Source of the DNA: Chloroflexota bacterium
GTDB taxonomy: Bacteria; Chloroflexota; Dehalococcoidia; GIF9; UBA5629
DNA length: 30,891 nt
NCBI GenBank assembly: GCA_026389635.1
Contig: JAPLHM010000083.1
Span: forward strand, 1-30,891
Reading direction: 5' to 3'
The notes below the pieces were generated by a model, which worked only from the letters and a program-made list of their open reading frames with translations, had not been told where the DNA came from and made no database searches. Position 1 is the first letter of the stretch. Each line of letters opens with the position of its first letter. The position numbers were made by a program, and so were the translations under genes. Below are positions 7,634 to 15,629 of this stretch, piece after piece.

Positions 7634-9127
7634 TTGCAGACAGTAAACATCGATGACATCCACTCGCTGCTGGCCGTGATGCCTCCTCACATCGCCTCGG
7701 ACCTCAAGCAGGAGATCGGAAACGGTGACATGCTGGAGATCGTAATGGACCTGGGCCGGTTGCCTGAAGCGCGTTTCCCCAACCGCGAGATATTGTTAGG
7801 CGATCACGAAGTCACAGAAGCAGACATACAGCATGTCACTAACCTGATCGGCACCTTCAGCGGCGACAACCGTGCAGGCCTGACACGCACCCTCCACCGC
7901 ATCTCGGCCATCAGAAACCGCGACGGAAAGATAGTTGGATTGACCTGCCGCGTGGGCCGTGCTGTGATGGGAACGGCAAAGATAATCCAGGACCTTGTGG
8001 AGACCGGTAAAAATGTCCTGTTAATGGGCCCGCCCGGCATCGGCAAGACCACCATGCTGCGTGAAACCGCGCGCGTGCTGGCGGACGACCTCAAAAAACG
8101 GGTCATCGTGGTGGACACCTCCAACGAGATCGCGGGGGACGGCGACATACCTCATCCCGCTATAGGCCATGCCAGGCGCATGCAGGTGCCAACTCCCACG
8201 CTGCAGCACGCGGTCATGATCGAGGCCGTGGAGAACCACATGCCCGAGGTGATTATTATCGATGAGATAGGCACCAGCTTAGAAGCTGAAGCGGCCCGCA
8301 CCATAGCCGAGCGAGGCGTCCAATTGGTAGGCACCGCCCACGGCAACAGCCTTGAGAACCTCGTAATGAATCCTACGCTGTCGGACCTCATAGGCGGCAT
8401 CCAGACGGTAACGCTGGGCGACGAGGAAGCGCGCCGCCGTCACACGCAAAAATCGGTGCTGGAGCGCAAAGCCCCACCCACATTCGATATTGTGGTTGAG
8501 ATACAGGAACGTTACAAGGTGCTGGTGCATCCCGATGTGGCGCAGGCCGTCGATTCCGTCCTGCATGCTCAGGAAAGCCATTCCGAGGTAAGGTGGCTGG
8601 GACCCGACGGCAACGTTGTCAGGGAGCAGGCCGTAACCATACATGAGACCCATGCCAAGCCCGAGTCTACAAAACAGGGGTTGCGTGTTTTCCTTTTCGG
8701 TATAAACCGGCCCATACTTGAGCAGGCAGCTCATGAAAAGGGCCTGCACATAGAAATCATGGAGGATCTGAGGCAATCCAACATACTGATCACGACCAAG
8801 AACTATTTCCGGCGCAAGCCGCAGAAGTTGAGGGATGCCGAGACGCATGGTATCCCGATTTACGCCATACGCGGCAACAGCCTGCAGCAGTTGCGCCACT
8901 GCATAGACAGCATTTATACAGGTCCGCGCGACGAGGCCGTGGACTCTGCCCTTGACGAGGCCCTGATGGCCATCGGGGAGGTAAAAAACGGCACAAAAGA
9001 GGTGGTTCTCAGTCCCCAGAATGCGTTCATCCGGCGCCTCCAGCACGTATTGGCAGAGAAACACGACGTCACTTCCAGCAGCTCGGGGCGCGAACCCGTT
9101 CGCAGGGTCAAGATCGTAAATAACTGA
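7634..9127 (+). CDS. SpoIIIAA/Ycf45-like AAA ATPase with C-terminal R3H nucleic-acid-binding domain
   Basis: Walker A GPPGIGKT, Walker B IIIDEIG, GTAHG, R3H RRLQH; TTG start with GAGGGG SD. Confidence 0.88.
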   Translation: MQTVNIDDIHSLLAVMPPHIASDLKQEIGNGDMLEIVMDLGRLPEARFPNREILLGDHEVTEADIQHVTNLIGTFSGDNRAGLTRTLHRISAIRNRDGKIVGLTCRVGRAVMGTAKIIQDLVETGKNVLLMGPPGIGKTTMLRETARVLADDLKKRVIVVDTSNEIAGDGDIPHPAIGHARRMQVPTPTLQHAVMIEAVENHMPEVIIIDEIGTSLEAEAARTIAERGVQLVGTAHGNSLENLVMNPTLSDLIGGIQTVTLGDEEARRRHTQKSVLERKAPPTFDIVVEIQERYKVLVHPDVAQAVDSVLHAQESHSEVRWLGPDGNVVREQAVTIHETHAKPESTKQGLRVFLFGINRPILEQAAHEKGLHIEIMEDLRQSNILITTKNYFRRKPQKLRDAETHGIPIYAIRGNSLQQLRHCIDSIYTGPRDEAVDSALDEALMAIGEVKNGTKEVVLSPQNAFIRRLQHVLAEKHDVTSSSSGREPVRRVKIVNN

Positions 9128-9152
9128 AACGCCTGATATCCTTAATTGTACT

Positions 9153-9791
9153 ATGCTGAAGCGTCAGGGATTGTTTATCACTTTCGAAGGCGGTGAAGGC
9201 TGCGGCAAGAGCACCCAGGCCAGGCTCCTGTTTAATAGCCTGGAGCACCGCGGTATACCCTCGGTGCTGACACATGAGCCCGGCGGCACCCCCCTGGGCA
9301 ACAGGATCAGGGGTATACTCAAAGTCAAACGTGATTTCGATATCAGCCCGCAGGCTGAACTTTTTCTTTTCGCCGCCTGCCGCGCGCAGCTTATCCGGGA
9401 GGTAATCCTGCCTGCCCTCGATGTCGGCCGCAATGTAATCTGTGACCGCTTCTCCGCCTCCACCATTGCCTACCAGGGATACGGCCGGGGCCTGGGACAA
9501 GATCTCATCGAATCGATCAACAGAGCCGCCACGGGCGGGCTGGAGCCCGACCTCATTTTCCTGCTGGATATACAATCTGAAACAGGCCTGTCACGCAAGC
9601 ATAATACGGGCGATGACCGCTTCGAGGCCGAGCACATCGCCTTCCACCGCAGGGTGAGGGTCGGGTACCTTGAACTTGCCAGGCGCGATCCCGGCCGCTG
9701 GATCGTCATAGAAGCACGGCAGCCCGTTGAGACACTGGCAAAGGCCATACTGGATCACGTCTTAGCGATTCTGCATAAGGCTGCAGCGTGA
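9153..9791 (+). CDS. tmk: Thymidylate kinase
   Basis: FITFEGGEGCGKSTQ, HEPGGT, ICDRF, AYQGYGRG. The true start may instead be TTG at 9171. Confidence 0.96.
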   Translation: MLKRQGLFITFEGGEGCGKSTQARLLFNSLEHRGIPSVLTHEPGGTPLGNRIRGILKVKRDFDISPQAELFLFAACRAQLIREVILPALDVGRNVICDRFSASTIAYQGYGRGLGQDLIESINRAATGGLEPDLIFLLDIQSETGLSRKHNTGDDRFEAEHIAFHRRVRVGYLELARRDPGRWIVIEARQPVETLAKAILDHVLAILHKAAA

Positions 9792-10435
9792 GCCGCAATA
9801 AGGCGGCCTCCAGGACTCCCCACTTCAGGGAGGAGCAGGCCCTGCTCTCATCAGGTTACCACCGCATAGCCGGCATAGACGAGGCAGGCCGGGGAGCGCT
9901 GGCCGGGCCGGTGGTGGCCGCCGCAGTCGTGCTGCCGCCGGAACCCAATTTCCTCTGGGTGCCCATGGTCAGGGACAGCAAGCTGCTGCAGGCGAAGGTA
10001 CGCCAACGCATTTTCGACTCAATGCAGGAATGCGGAATAGAAATGGGCGTCGGCGTGGTCGGGCCGGAAGTCATCGATACTATAAACATACTGAATGCCA
10101 CCAGGATGGCCATGAAGCTGGCTCTGGCAAATCTAACGAAACCGCCGGATTATTTGCTGATCGATGCCGTGAGGCTGAGGGATGTACCCATCCTTCAGAA
10201 GGCCATCATCCGGGGTGACCTCAACATAGTGAGCATTGCATGCGCATCAGTGGTGGCCAAGGTCACGCGCGACCGCATCATGCTCGAACTGGATGAGCTC
10301 TACCCCGGGTATCAATTCGGACGTCACAAGGGCTACGGCACACGCATGCACATGGAGTGCCTGCGCACCTGTGGGGCATCGCGCATACACAGGATGACTT
10401 ACTCACCACTGCGAGACCTGGCCAGGTTGATATGA
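9788..10435 (+). CDS. rnhB: Ribonuclease HII
   Basis: IAGIDEAGRGALAGPVVAAAV, VRDSK, LLIDA, ACASVVAKVTRD, HKGYGT. Confidence 0.96.
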   Translation: MSRNKAASRTPHFREEQALLSSGYHRIAGIDEAGRGALAGPVVAAAVVLPPEPNFLWVPMVRDSKLLQAKVRQRIFDSMQECGIEMGVGVVGPEVIDTINILNATRMAMKLALANLTKPPDYLLIDAVRLRDVPILQKAIIRGDLNIVSIACASVVAKVTRDRIMLELDELYPGYQFGRHKGYGTRMHMECLRTCGASRIHRMTYSPLRDLARLI

Positions 10436-10794
10436 AGAGACAGGAAACGGGAAAACTGGGGGAGCAGATCGCCTGCAAGGCCCTTGAAAAGAAAGGTTAC
10501 CGCATACTGGAAAAGAATTACCGCTGCCGCCACGGTGAAATAGATTTAGTTGCCCGCCAGCGCGATTACATCGTCTTTGTCGAGGTACGCACCAAGACGG
10601 GGAACTCTTTCGGGACGCCCGAAGAATCGTTGACGGCAACCAAGAAAAAGAAACTTGTCGCAACGGCCCTTGACTACCTCAGCAGCCACCCCGGCCTACC
10701 CGAAAACTGGCGCATCGATTTCGTGGCCGTAGAGCTTGACCCGGCCGGCGGCCCGCCGAAGCGCGTCGAAATCATGGAAAACGCGCTCGGCTGA
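10432..10794 (+). CDS. yraN: YraN/UPF0102 family putative endonuclease
   Basis: TGKLGEQIA, NYRCRHGEIDLVA, VFVEVRTK, WRIDFVAV. Start set at the ATGA overlap with the rnhB stop (10432), not 10357; rnhB-yraN synteny is conserved. Confidence 0.88.
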   Translation: MKRQETGKLGEQIACKALEKKGYRILEKNYRCRHGEIDLVARQRDYIVFVEVRTKTGNSFGTPEESLTATKKKKLVATALDYLSSHPGLPENWRIDFVAVELDPAGGPPKRVEIMENALG

Positions 10795-10800
10795 TGAGAG

Positions 10801-11127
10801 CTATTCTTCCAGGGCTTCCATGGCGATGCAGCTATGGGCCAACGAGCTACCCGCCTTCAGCGCAATGGCGACAAATATCGCCTCGGCGATCTCCTCATCG
10901 CTGGCGCCGGTCTTTTTGGCGCCTTTGACGTGGCCCTCAATGCAATAGGGACACTGCGTAATGTGCGCGCAGGCAACCGCGATCAGCTCCTTGGTCTTCT
11001 TGTCCAGGCTGCCGTCGACGAATACCTTGGCATCTATATCGAGGAAGGCCTTCAATAAGTCGGGCTTGAGCGCATATAGCTTGGCCACCTTTTCGATGTC
11101 TTTTTTTCCGTAATACTGTTCTTTCAT
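10801..11127 (-). CDS. Carboxymuconolactone decarboxylase / AhpD-like protein
   Basis: LDKKTKELIAVACAHITQCPYCIEGH (CxxC plus His), GASDEEIAEA; GGAGG SD. Confidence 0.88.
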   Translation of the reverse strand: MKEQYYGKKDIEKVAKLYALKPDLLKAFLDIDAKVFVDGSLDKKTKELIAVACAHITQCPYCIEGHVKGAKKTGASDEEIAEAIFVAIALKAGSSLAHSCIAMEALEE

Positions 11128-11164
11128 TTATTCCTCCGGCATTATCTATCTCTTCAGTAATCTC

Positions 11165-13516
11165 TTATACCTTTAAGCGCGTACGTTGGATGATCTCAAG
11201 CTTGGACGGCTTCGGCAGATCGTCAAAATAGGCGCAGTATCCGGCTACCCGCACAACCAGGCCGGGATATTTACCGGGGTGGCTGTAGGCATCCTCCAGC
11301 ATAGCGGGGTCATGCACGTTGAACTGCACCTCCATACCCCCTTTCTCGAAAAACCCTCTCAGCAGGGCCGCCAGAATATCAGTCCCGCGCTGGCCTTCAA
11401 TGACCGCGGGATCGAAGCGGAGGTTGAGGGCATAGCCGTTGGGGGAATGACAGGGGTCGACACAGGCAGCCGAGTTGAGCAGGGCTGTAACGCCCAGCCT
11501 GTCCTTGCCGTTGGAGGCGCCAAGGCTTGCGGCGAAGGGCTGGCCGGCCCTGCGACCACTGGGCAGAGCTCCCACCAGGGAACCGAAAGCCACGTGGCAT
11601 GTCACAGAGTAGAACCCGGGGACGTACTTGCCGCCCCGCGTATTGCTATGCCGGGCCAACGCCCGGTAGAAGATAGCGGCTACCTCCGCGGCGTAACCAT
11701 CGGGCAAGTTATGATCGTTGCCATATTTAGGCGCGGCGGCCAGCTCCGCCTGCATAGACGGGCTGGAGCGGAAATCGTGTCTGAGCGCTTGATGAACCTC
11801 TGGCATACTGTGCTTTTTCCTGCGGAATACGACCTCATCCAGCGCCGCCAGCGAATCGGCCACGTCGGCCAATCCCACTCCCTGGATGCCGCTCGAATTA
11901 AACAGCGCCCCTCCCGCGCTGACATCTTTTCCAGACTCCATGCAGCCATCCACCAGCATGGACGAAAAAGGGGTGGGATGGTAGTTGCGGTTGCCGAGCT
12001 CCACCACCTGGATGTCGTCCACCAGCCGGTCAACCATGTAGTTCACCTGCACGGAAAAAGCGTTTAAAACCTCTTCAATTGAGCGGAATTTGCAGGGGTC
12101 TGCCGTCGCAACGCCCCGGCGCCTGAGGCTGCCCAGTTGCCGGCCGCGGTTGAGCGCCAGTTCGAGGCAGGCAGGGAGGTTCACAAGGGCGGCATCGGTG
12201 GAGAAAAAGCTCCTGCCGGGCAGCGCCGGCTCCACGCAGCCTACTATGGCGTAGTTCCTGGCCTCCTCAAGAGGGACGCCGTTGGCGACAAGCGATTTGA
12301 TGATGGCTTCATCACTGAATACCGCGGGTACACCGTTGCCCCGCTTGGCCACTTCGATCAGCCTGTGCAAATATGCCTCCGGGGAACCACTGTGCAAGCG
12401 CGCCTGGTAATTGGGGTCGCGCAGTCCGGACTCCTCCATTACGTCGAGCATAACGTAGGTCAATTCGTTCGTTACATCCACCCCGCCCCTGTCCACTCCA
12501 CCCACGATGGCGGCCTGCACCACCAGGTAGCCGCCGTGGTACTGGCTGACGTTTTCTGACAGCAGGAAGACGTGCTCAACAGCCTTGGCTGAGAAGCACA
12601 GCAAAAGCTCCTTAGCCTTCTGCGGGGTGATGCGTCCCTCATCAATGTCGCGTCTATAGTAAGGGTATAAGAACTGGTCCATCCTGCCGAACGAGACGGC
12701 GGAGTTAATCCCCTCCAAACAGACGGCCATGTGAGTCAGCCACAACGACTGTAAGGCCTCTTGAAAGGTCCCTGCCGGGTTCAGCGGCACCCTGCGGCAG
12801 GTAGTGGATATATTCTCGAGCTCCCTGCGCCTGACGGGGTCCTCTTCGGCGGCTGCCATCCGCCCGGCTTCATCGGCAACCCGGTTGGCATAGTTCAGCA
12901 AACCCTCGCAAACTATAGCGGCGGCTTTGTGCAGGTCACCGCCCCGGCCTTTCATGGATTCCAGGTATCCTTTGACCCCCAGCCTCAACATCTTCTCGTA
13001 ATTGGGCAGGAAATGACCGATGCCCCCTGCTTCGTTGATAAGGTAAAAAGTGGCCTTGAGCTGTTCAGCCGCGTACTGCAGGAACTTGCCCATATGCGGG
13101 AAGAAGGCCCTGAACGGCATATTCCTGAAAATCCAGTAGGGAATGACGTCGAACATGACCCTGAGCCGGTCCTTCCAGGGCATCAGCAACGGCGCGGTCT
13201 TCCTTTTATCTATACGCGGTATATCCGTGCCCATGAAGACTCCGCTGAGCTCCGGTTGCATGAGGGCAGATATGCGGTAGCTGCCCATGTTCCCCACTAT
13301 AAGCTCGTCAGGATATATCCGCACCGACTTGTTCTGCAGGATATAACGGGTGGCCATAGCCCGGCGGATTATGGTGGGCTTGGAGGGGTCGTCATGGTGT
13401 CTGGAAAAATCGGTAACCAAGTAGGCCCGCTCGGGACACAAATGTACCCTGCTGCCCAGCAGTTCTTTTTTTATACGCTGTAAGCGGTCAGTCCGCGCGG
13501 CTGTTTCGACTGCCAT
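11165..13516 (-). CDS. Glycyl radical enzyme of the PFL2/dehydratase (eliminase) class, substrate unknown
   Basis: Cys loop AIVGCVEP, glycyl radical loop LVVRVAGYCAYF, SFGRMDQFLYPYY, 783 aa. Single-Cys GCVE motif, not the CC of true PFL. Confidence 0.93.
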   Translation of the reverse strand: MAVETAARTDRLQRIKKELLGSRVHLCPERAYLVTDFSRHHDDPSKPTIIRRAMATRYILQNKSVRIYPDELIVGNMGSYRISALMQPELSGVFMGTDIPRIDKRKTAPLLMPWKDRLRVMFDVIPYWIFRNMPFRAFFPHMGKFLQYAAEQLKATFYLINEAGGIGHFLPNYEKMLRLGVKGYLESMKGRGGDLHKAAAIVCEGLLNYANRVADEAGRMAAAEEDPVRRRELENISTTCRRVPLNPAGTFQEALQSLWLTHMAVCLEGINSAVSFGRMDQFLYPYYRRDIDEGRITPQKAKELLLCFSAKAVEHVFLLSENVSQYHGGYLVVQAAIVGGVDRGGVDVTNELTYVMLDVMEESGLRDPNYQARLHSGSPEAYLHRLIEVAKRGNGVPAVFSDEAIIKSLVANGVPLEEARNYAIVGCVEPALPGRSFFSTDAALVNLPACLELALNRGRQLGSLRRRGVATADPCKFRSIEEVLNAFSVQVNYMVDRLVDDIQVVELGNRNYHPTPFSSMLVDGCMESGKDVSAGGALFNSSGIQGVGLADVADSLAALDEVVFRRKKHSMPEVHQALRHDFRSSPSMQAELAAAPKYGNDHNLPDGYAAEVAAIFYRALARHSNTRGGKYVPGFYSVTCHVAFGSLVGALPSGRRAGQPFAASLGASNGKDRLGVTALLNSAACVDPCHSPNGYALNLRFDPAVIEGQRGTDILAALLRGFFEKGGMEVQFNVHDPAMLEDAYSHPGKYPGLVVRVAGYCAYFDDLPKPSKLEIIQRTRLKV

Positions 13517-13522
13517 ATATTT

Positions 13523-14143
13523 CTATGTGTCCAGGCTGAAGGGCGGGTACTTGTCAGTTATCATGATCATGGCATAGCACATGACCCTGAAACCCCACCT
13601 CATCACGCTGAGGACAAAGTCGAACATACTTTTAGGGTATTTGCCAGTGAAGAGAATGGCAAACCATGCGATCATAATCACCACCATAGCGGCTATGCCC
13701 AGGAAGCACAGCACTATAATATGCGGTATAGCCAGAAACCATTTGACCAGCGGAAGCCAGCGGTTAAGTCCCGTTGCGTCCGGGTAGGGCATTTCCAGGT
13801 GCACGTTCTGTTCCTCGTCGGTGGACGGGTAAACGTCGGTCATCAGGTAGAGGTAGGCTGCCACCCTGTAGGCGAACATGGAGAGATTGAGGTTCCAGTC
13901 GTACCACCACTTCGGGTACTTCCTGCGGAATAGAAGCATCAGTATGAGAGGGAGAAAAACCAGTCCTATACCTGCCGCCATCGTTCCGCCTTCTTTACCT
14001 GAAAGCTGCATGGCGTTATCCATGAGCAAGCCCAGGATGATCAGGATCGGGATGACCGTGAAAATGCGGAAAAACGTGGTCAGCCTGTTGAGCTTACGAT
14101 CGGGGTAATCAACCTTTAAACTAACCGGGTAATCTGCTGCCAT
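13523..14143 (-). CDS. DUF4389-like membrane protein with two internal repeats
   Basis: Two similar units: LNR...IP(I/H)...F(R/T)(R/G)KYPK..(Y/F)D...(Y/F)RV..Y....TD(V/K)YP. Confidence 0.75.
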   Translation of the reverse strand: MAADYPVSLKVDYPDRKLNRLTTFFRIFTVIPILIILGLLMDNAMQLSGKEGGTMAAGIGLVFLPLILMLLFRRKYPKWWYDWNLNLSMFAYRVAAYLYLMTDVYPSTDEEQNVHLEMPYPDATGLNRWLPLVKWFLAIPHIIVLCFLGIAAMVVIMIAWFAILFTGKYPKSMFDFVLSVMRWGFRVMCYAMIMITDKYPPFSLDT

Positions 14144-14191
14144 TTTACTGCCTCCTCTGTTTATTTGTGGTTCGCCCGCTACTGGTATCTA

Positions 14192-14587
14192 TCAGTCAAC
14201 CTTAAAGCCTCCCTTGCCCAGGTCGTAGATCTCCTCAAGCTTGACCTTGACCACTGCCTTGGGCGGCATCGGGATCTTCATCATCTCCGAGAGCTTTTTG
14301 GCTTCCTCGTAGAGCGGCCCTGACGTAATATTTTCCACGACCTTGCCCTCAAACCTGAACCCCATGACCTTGCTGCGGTCGGCTACCGCGATGGCTACCC
14401 ATGGGTTTTTCTGTATGTTTTGCCAGGTCCGGCCCCCCATCATCTCAAAGAATGCAACGTGCTCGTCATCGATTATTTTGAGACTGCCCTTGACCGCGAC
14501 ACTGGGCTTGCCGTCCGGCATGGATGTGGCCACGTATGACAACTGGCCGGAAATCAATGATTTCATCTGATCTGTCAATTTCGCCAT
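14192..14587 (-). CDS. Pyridoxamine 5'-phosphate oxidase-like FMN-binding split-barrel protein
   Basis: YVATSMPDGKPSVAVKGS, RTWQNIQKNPWVAI, FRFEGK; AGGAGGAGG SD. Confidence 0.82.
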   Translation of the reverse strand: MAKLTDQMKSLISGQLSYVATSMPDGKPSVAVKGSLKIIDDEHVAFFEMMGGRTWQNIQKNPWVAIAVADRSKVMGFRFEGKVVENITSGPLYEEAKKLSEMMKIPMPPKAVVKVKLEEIYDLGKGGFKVD

Positions 14588-14617
14588 CTGCTGTTACCTC
14601 CTCCTACTTTCGCCTGG

Positions 14618-14646
14618 ATTATATGTAATCGGGTCGGTTAATTCAA
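14618..14646 (-). promoter_or_regulatory. Sigma70-type promoter TTGAAT-N17-TATAAT for the split-barrel/DUF4389/GRE/CMD operon
   Basis: Read directly on the - strand; the -10 lies inside the near-palindrome GATTATATGTAATC (14617-14630). Confidence 0.65.
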
Positions 14647-14689
14647 CAACGAGCGGCTGCACCATGTGTCCTTTCAGCAAAATGCAGCT

Positions 14690-14718
14690 TTGACTCGCCC
14701 CCACCCTCTTCCTATAAT
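14690..14718 (+). promoter_or_regulatory. Sigma70-type promoter TTGACT-N17-TATAAT for the DUF362-polyferredoxin genes
   Basis: Near-consensus hexamers with 17-bp spacer; ATG follows 17 nt after the -10 with no SD (short leader). Confidence 0.7.
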
Positions 14719-14735
14719 TCTTCTACCACACATTT

Positions 14736-15629
14736 ATGACAGAATTCACCCGCCGCGATTTTCTAAGGTACGCCCTTGCAGGTGTAGGTGCATTGCTGGC
14801 CGCGTCTGCCAAATACCCGGATATAGCCGTGGTGCGCGGCGGAGAACCGGAGGCCCTGGCGCGCGAGGCGGTTGACCTGCTGGGCGGCATGAAACGCTTC
14901 GTCAAGAAGGGCGATAACGTGATAATCAAGCCAAACATCGGCCCCGCAATGCGGACCTACGAGTATGCCGCCACCACCAACCCCTGGCTGGTGGCTGCCG
15001 TGGTTAAGCTCTGCATGGAAGCCGGCGCGGGCAGGGTCAGGGTCATGGACAAGCCCTTCAGCGGGACGGCTGAATCGGGATTTGTTAACAGCGGGATCAA
15101 GGAACAGGTGGAAAAGGCGGGTGGGGAAATCGAGCTGATGTCCCGCTTTAAATTCGTTTCTACCGATATACCTCAGGGCAAAGACATCAGGAAATGGGAC
15201 ATCTATGAAGACATCCTTAAGGCCGATGTGCTGATCAACATGCCCATCGCCAAGCAGCATGGATCGTCACGTCTCACGCTGGGCATGAAAAACCTGATGG
15301 GCGCCATCAACTCTGCCCAGATGTTCCACATCAACCTGCACCAGCGCATCGCCGATCTGGCCAGCCGGGTCAGGCCGGCGCTGACCATTGTGGATGCCAT
15401 CCGCGTCCTGACGGCCAACGGCCCTACCGGGGGCAACCTCTCGGACGTTAAGAAGCTGGACACCGTGATCGCCGGCGCCGATATCGTGGCGGTGGACAGC
15501 TACGCCACCTCGCTTTTCGGCCTCAAGCCGGACGATATACCCCACATAAAGATAGCCGCCTCCATGGGACTGGGCAGCAACGATCTAAGCAAGTTGGATA
15601 TCAAGGAAATCACACTTGGCAGTTCGTAA
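14736..15629 (+). CDS. DUF362 family protein with N-terminal twin-arginine (Tat) signal
   Basis: TRRDFLRYALAG; VIIKPNIG, TTNPWLVAAVV, LINMPIAKQH, TLGMKNLMG, IVDAIRVLTANGPTGG. Confidence 0.85.
   Translation: MTEFTRRDFLRYALAGVGALLAASAKYPDIAVVRGGEPEALAREAVDLLGGMKRFVKKGDNVIIKPNIGPAMRTYEYAATTNPWLVAAVVKLCMEAGAGRVRVMDKPFSGTAESGFVNSGIKEQVEKAGGEIELMSRFKFVSTDIPQGKDIRKWDIYEDILKADVLINMPIAKQHGSSRLTLGMKNLMGAINSAQMFHINLHQRIADLASRVRPALTIVDAIRVLTANGPTGGNLSDVKKLDTVIAGADIVAVDSYATSLFGLKPDDIPHIKIAASMGLGSNDLSKLDIKEITLGSS

Noticed and set aside
12940-13000. Short helix region of the GRE (GYLESMKGRGGDLHKAA) as a fourth in-frame deletion
   Set aside because: It is shorter than in glycerol dehydratase, but total length (783 aa) is normal and it may be a subfamily trait. 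This cannot be decided without an alignment.
11186-13483. Long + strand ORFs 11186-12067, 12137-12559 and 12761-13483
   Set aside because: Antisense shadows of the GRE gene.
11165-13516. GRE as pyruvate formate-lyase, benzylsuccinate synthase or class III ribonucleotide reductase
   Set aside because: Single-Cys GCVE loop (PFL has CC), no small bss subunits, and no NrdD features.
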